From: Chamaesiphon sp.
Lineage (GTDB): Bacteria > Cyanobacteriota > Cyanobacteriia > Cyanobacteriales > Chamaesiphonaceae
DNA: 64,000 nt
Assembly: GCA_965246715.1 (NCBI GenBank)
Contig: CBDFFH010000015.1
Span: 96,001 to 160,000, forward strand
Direction of reading: 5' to 3'
Below are positions 63,181 through 64,000 of this stretch, piece after piece. Made by a program: the position numbers and the translations under genes. The notes below the pieces were generated by a model that was not told where the DNA came from, searched no databases, and saw only the letters and a list, made by a program, of their open reading frames with translations. The stretch's first letter is position 1, and each line of letters begins with the position of its first letter.

Positions 63181-64000
63181 GTGCAGATAAACTTTTTAGA
63201 TCGAGTCAGATTGGGCATTGCGGTATTGACAGCCAAAACAGTCACCGCCGCGATTCGCACATTGAAAATGGGTGCCGCCAGCGTCCTCCCTGGTACCATC
63301 AGCAAGCGGCTTCACCCGCAAATTTTATCCCTCCTGTCCCAACAAATCAAATATGGAGTTATCGTCGTCGCTGGGACTAACGGCAAAACTACTACCTCGC
63401 TCCTGCTTCGCAGCATCTTAGAAAAAGATGGGTGGAAAGTCGTCCATAACGAGGCGGGAGCTAACCTAGTAAATGGATTGATTACCACGTTATTAGAACG
63501 CACCAGTCTGACGGGACGACTCAAAGCAGACTACGGGATCTTAGAAATCGATGAAAATGTCATCCCGCTGGTTTTACCCCAGCTCAAGCCCAAATATATT
63601 CTCGCCCTAAATCTGTTTCGCGATCAACTCGATCGCTATGGCGAAGTCGATACGATTATTTATCGCTGGCAAAAAGTAATTGCCGATCTCGATAGCGATA
63701 GCGTCTTAGTAGTCAACGGTGACGATCCAGCTTTAGCTTACCTCGGACAACAACTCGAAAAAGGCGCAAAACCCAAGCAAGTTAAATATTTTGGTCTGAC
63801 AGAGCCAGAACTATATTTAGATGAAATCCCTCATGCTGTAGACTCGATTTACTGTCCGAGTTGTGGAACAGCCCTTACTTATCAAGGCGTATATCTGTCT
63901 CACCAAGGAGATTTTGACTGCCCGAAATGTAGCTTTACAAAAAGCGAACTCTCGATCGAGAGTAAAGCTTGGCCGCAAGTCCTGATCGGTGTTTATAACA
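63181..64000 (+). CDS. MurT-like Mur ligase (DUF1727 type), runs off the window end; missing from the ORF track
   Basis: GTG at 63181: ..GAASVLPG..VAGTNGKTTTS..GANL..G..LEIDE..NLFRDQLDRYGEVD..NGDDP..CPSC..CPKC. Confidence 0.88.
   Translation, partial: MQINFLDRVRLGIAVLTAKTVTAAIRTLKMGAASVLPGTISKRLHPQILSLLSQQIKYGVIVVAGTNGKTTTSLLLRSILEKDGWKVVHNEAGANLVNGLITTLLERTSLTGRLKADYGILEIDENVIPLVLPQLKPKYILALNLFRDQLDRYGEVDTIIYRWQKVIADLDSDSVLVVNGDDPALAYLGQQLEKGAKPKQVKYFGLTEPELYLDEIPHAVDSIYCPSCGTALTYQGVYLSHQGDFDCPKCSFTKSELSIESKAWPQVLIGVYN

Overview
A 64-kb stretch of cyanobacterial chromosome, identified by psbA, ferredoxin-GOGAT, ccsA, urtABCDE, tocopherol genes, NtcA boxes and a very high density of the HIP1 core CGATCG. 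The CGATCG often occurs as TCGATCGA, which is reminiscent of Chamaesiphon, but the taxon is not proven. Most of the window is housekeeping backbone: rodA, ilvC, dapB, gamma-TMT/hppD, ccsA, lpxD, tpiA, hisA, acyl-ACP synthetase, pdhC, glsF, psbA, urtABCDE, rsmE and a MurT-like ligase. Two accessory blocks stand out. (1) A Wzx/Wzy-type polysaccharide cluster at about 14.3-27.8 kb, in which two genes share a diverged upstream element. (2) A ~7.4-kb island between pdhC and glsF with three intact type II toxin-antitoxin pairs, a complete ISAs1-family IS with a 10-bp target duplication, and a foreign-looking 608-aa/YbjQ gene pair. The island's spacers are a mosaic of recurring short modules, including four copies of a promoter plus truncated 'MTELLEQAIAKLKTR' ORF, with breakpoints mostly at CGATCG. 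This suggests a HIP1-linked, integrase-free cassette-shuffling hotspot, and it is the best candidate for a new system here. The window also carries many tiny mobile elements: three 24-nt inserts splitting CGAT^CG, nested REP-like hairpins and several MITE-like elements. I recognised no rRNA, tRNA or CRISPR array. All gene calls are by eye from motifs; no database searches were run.
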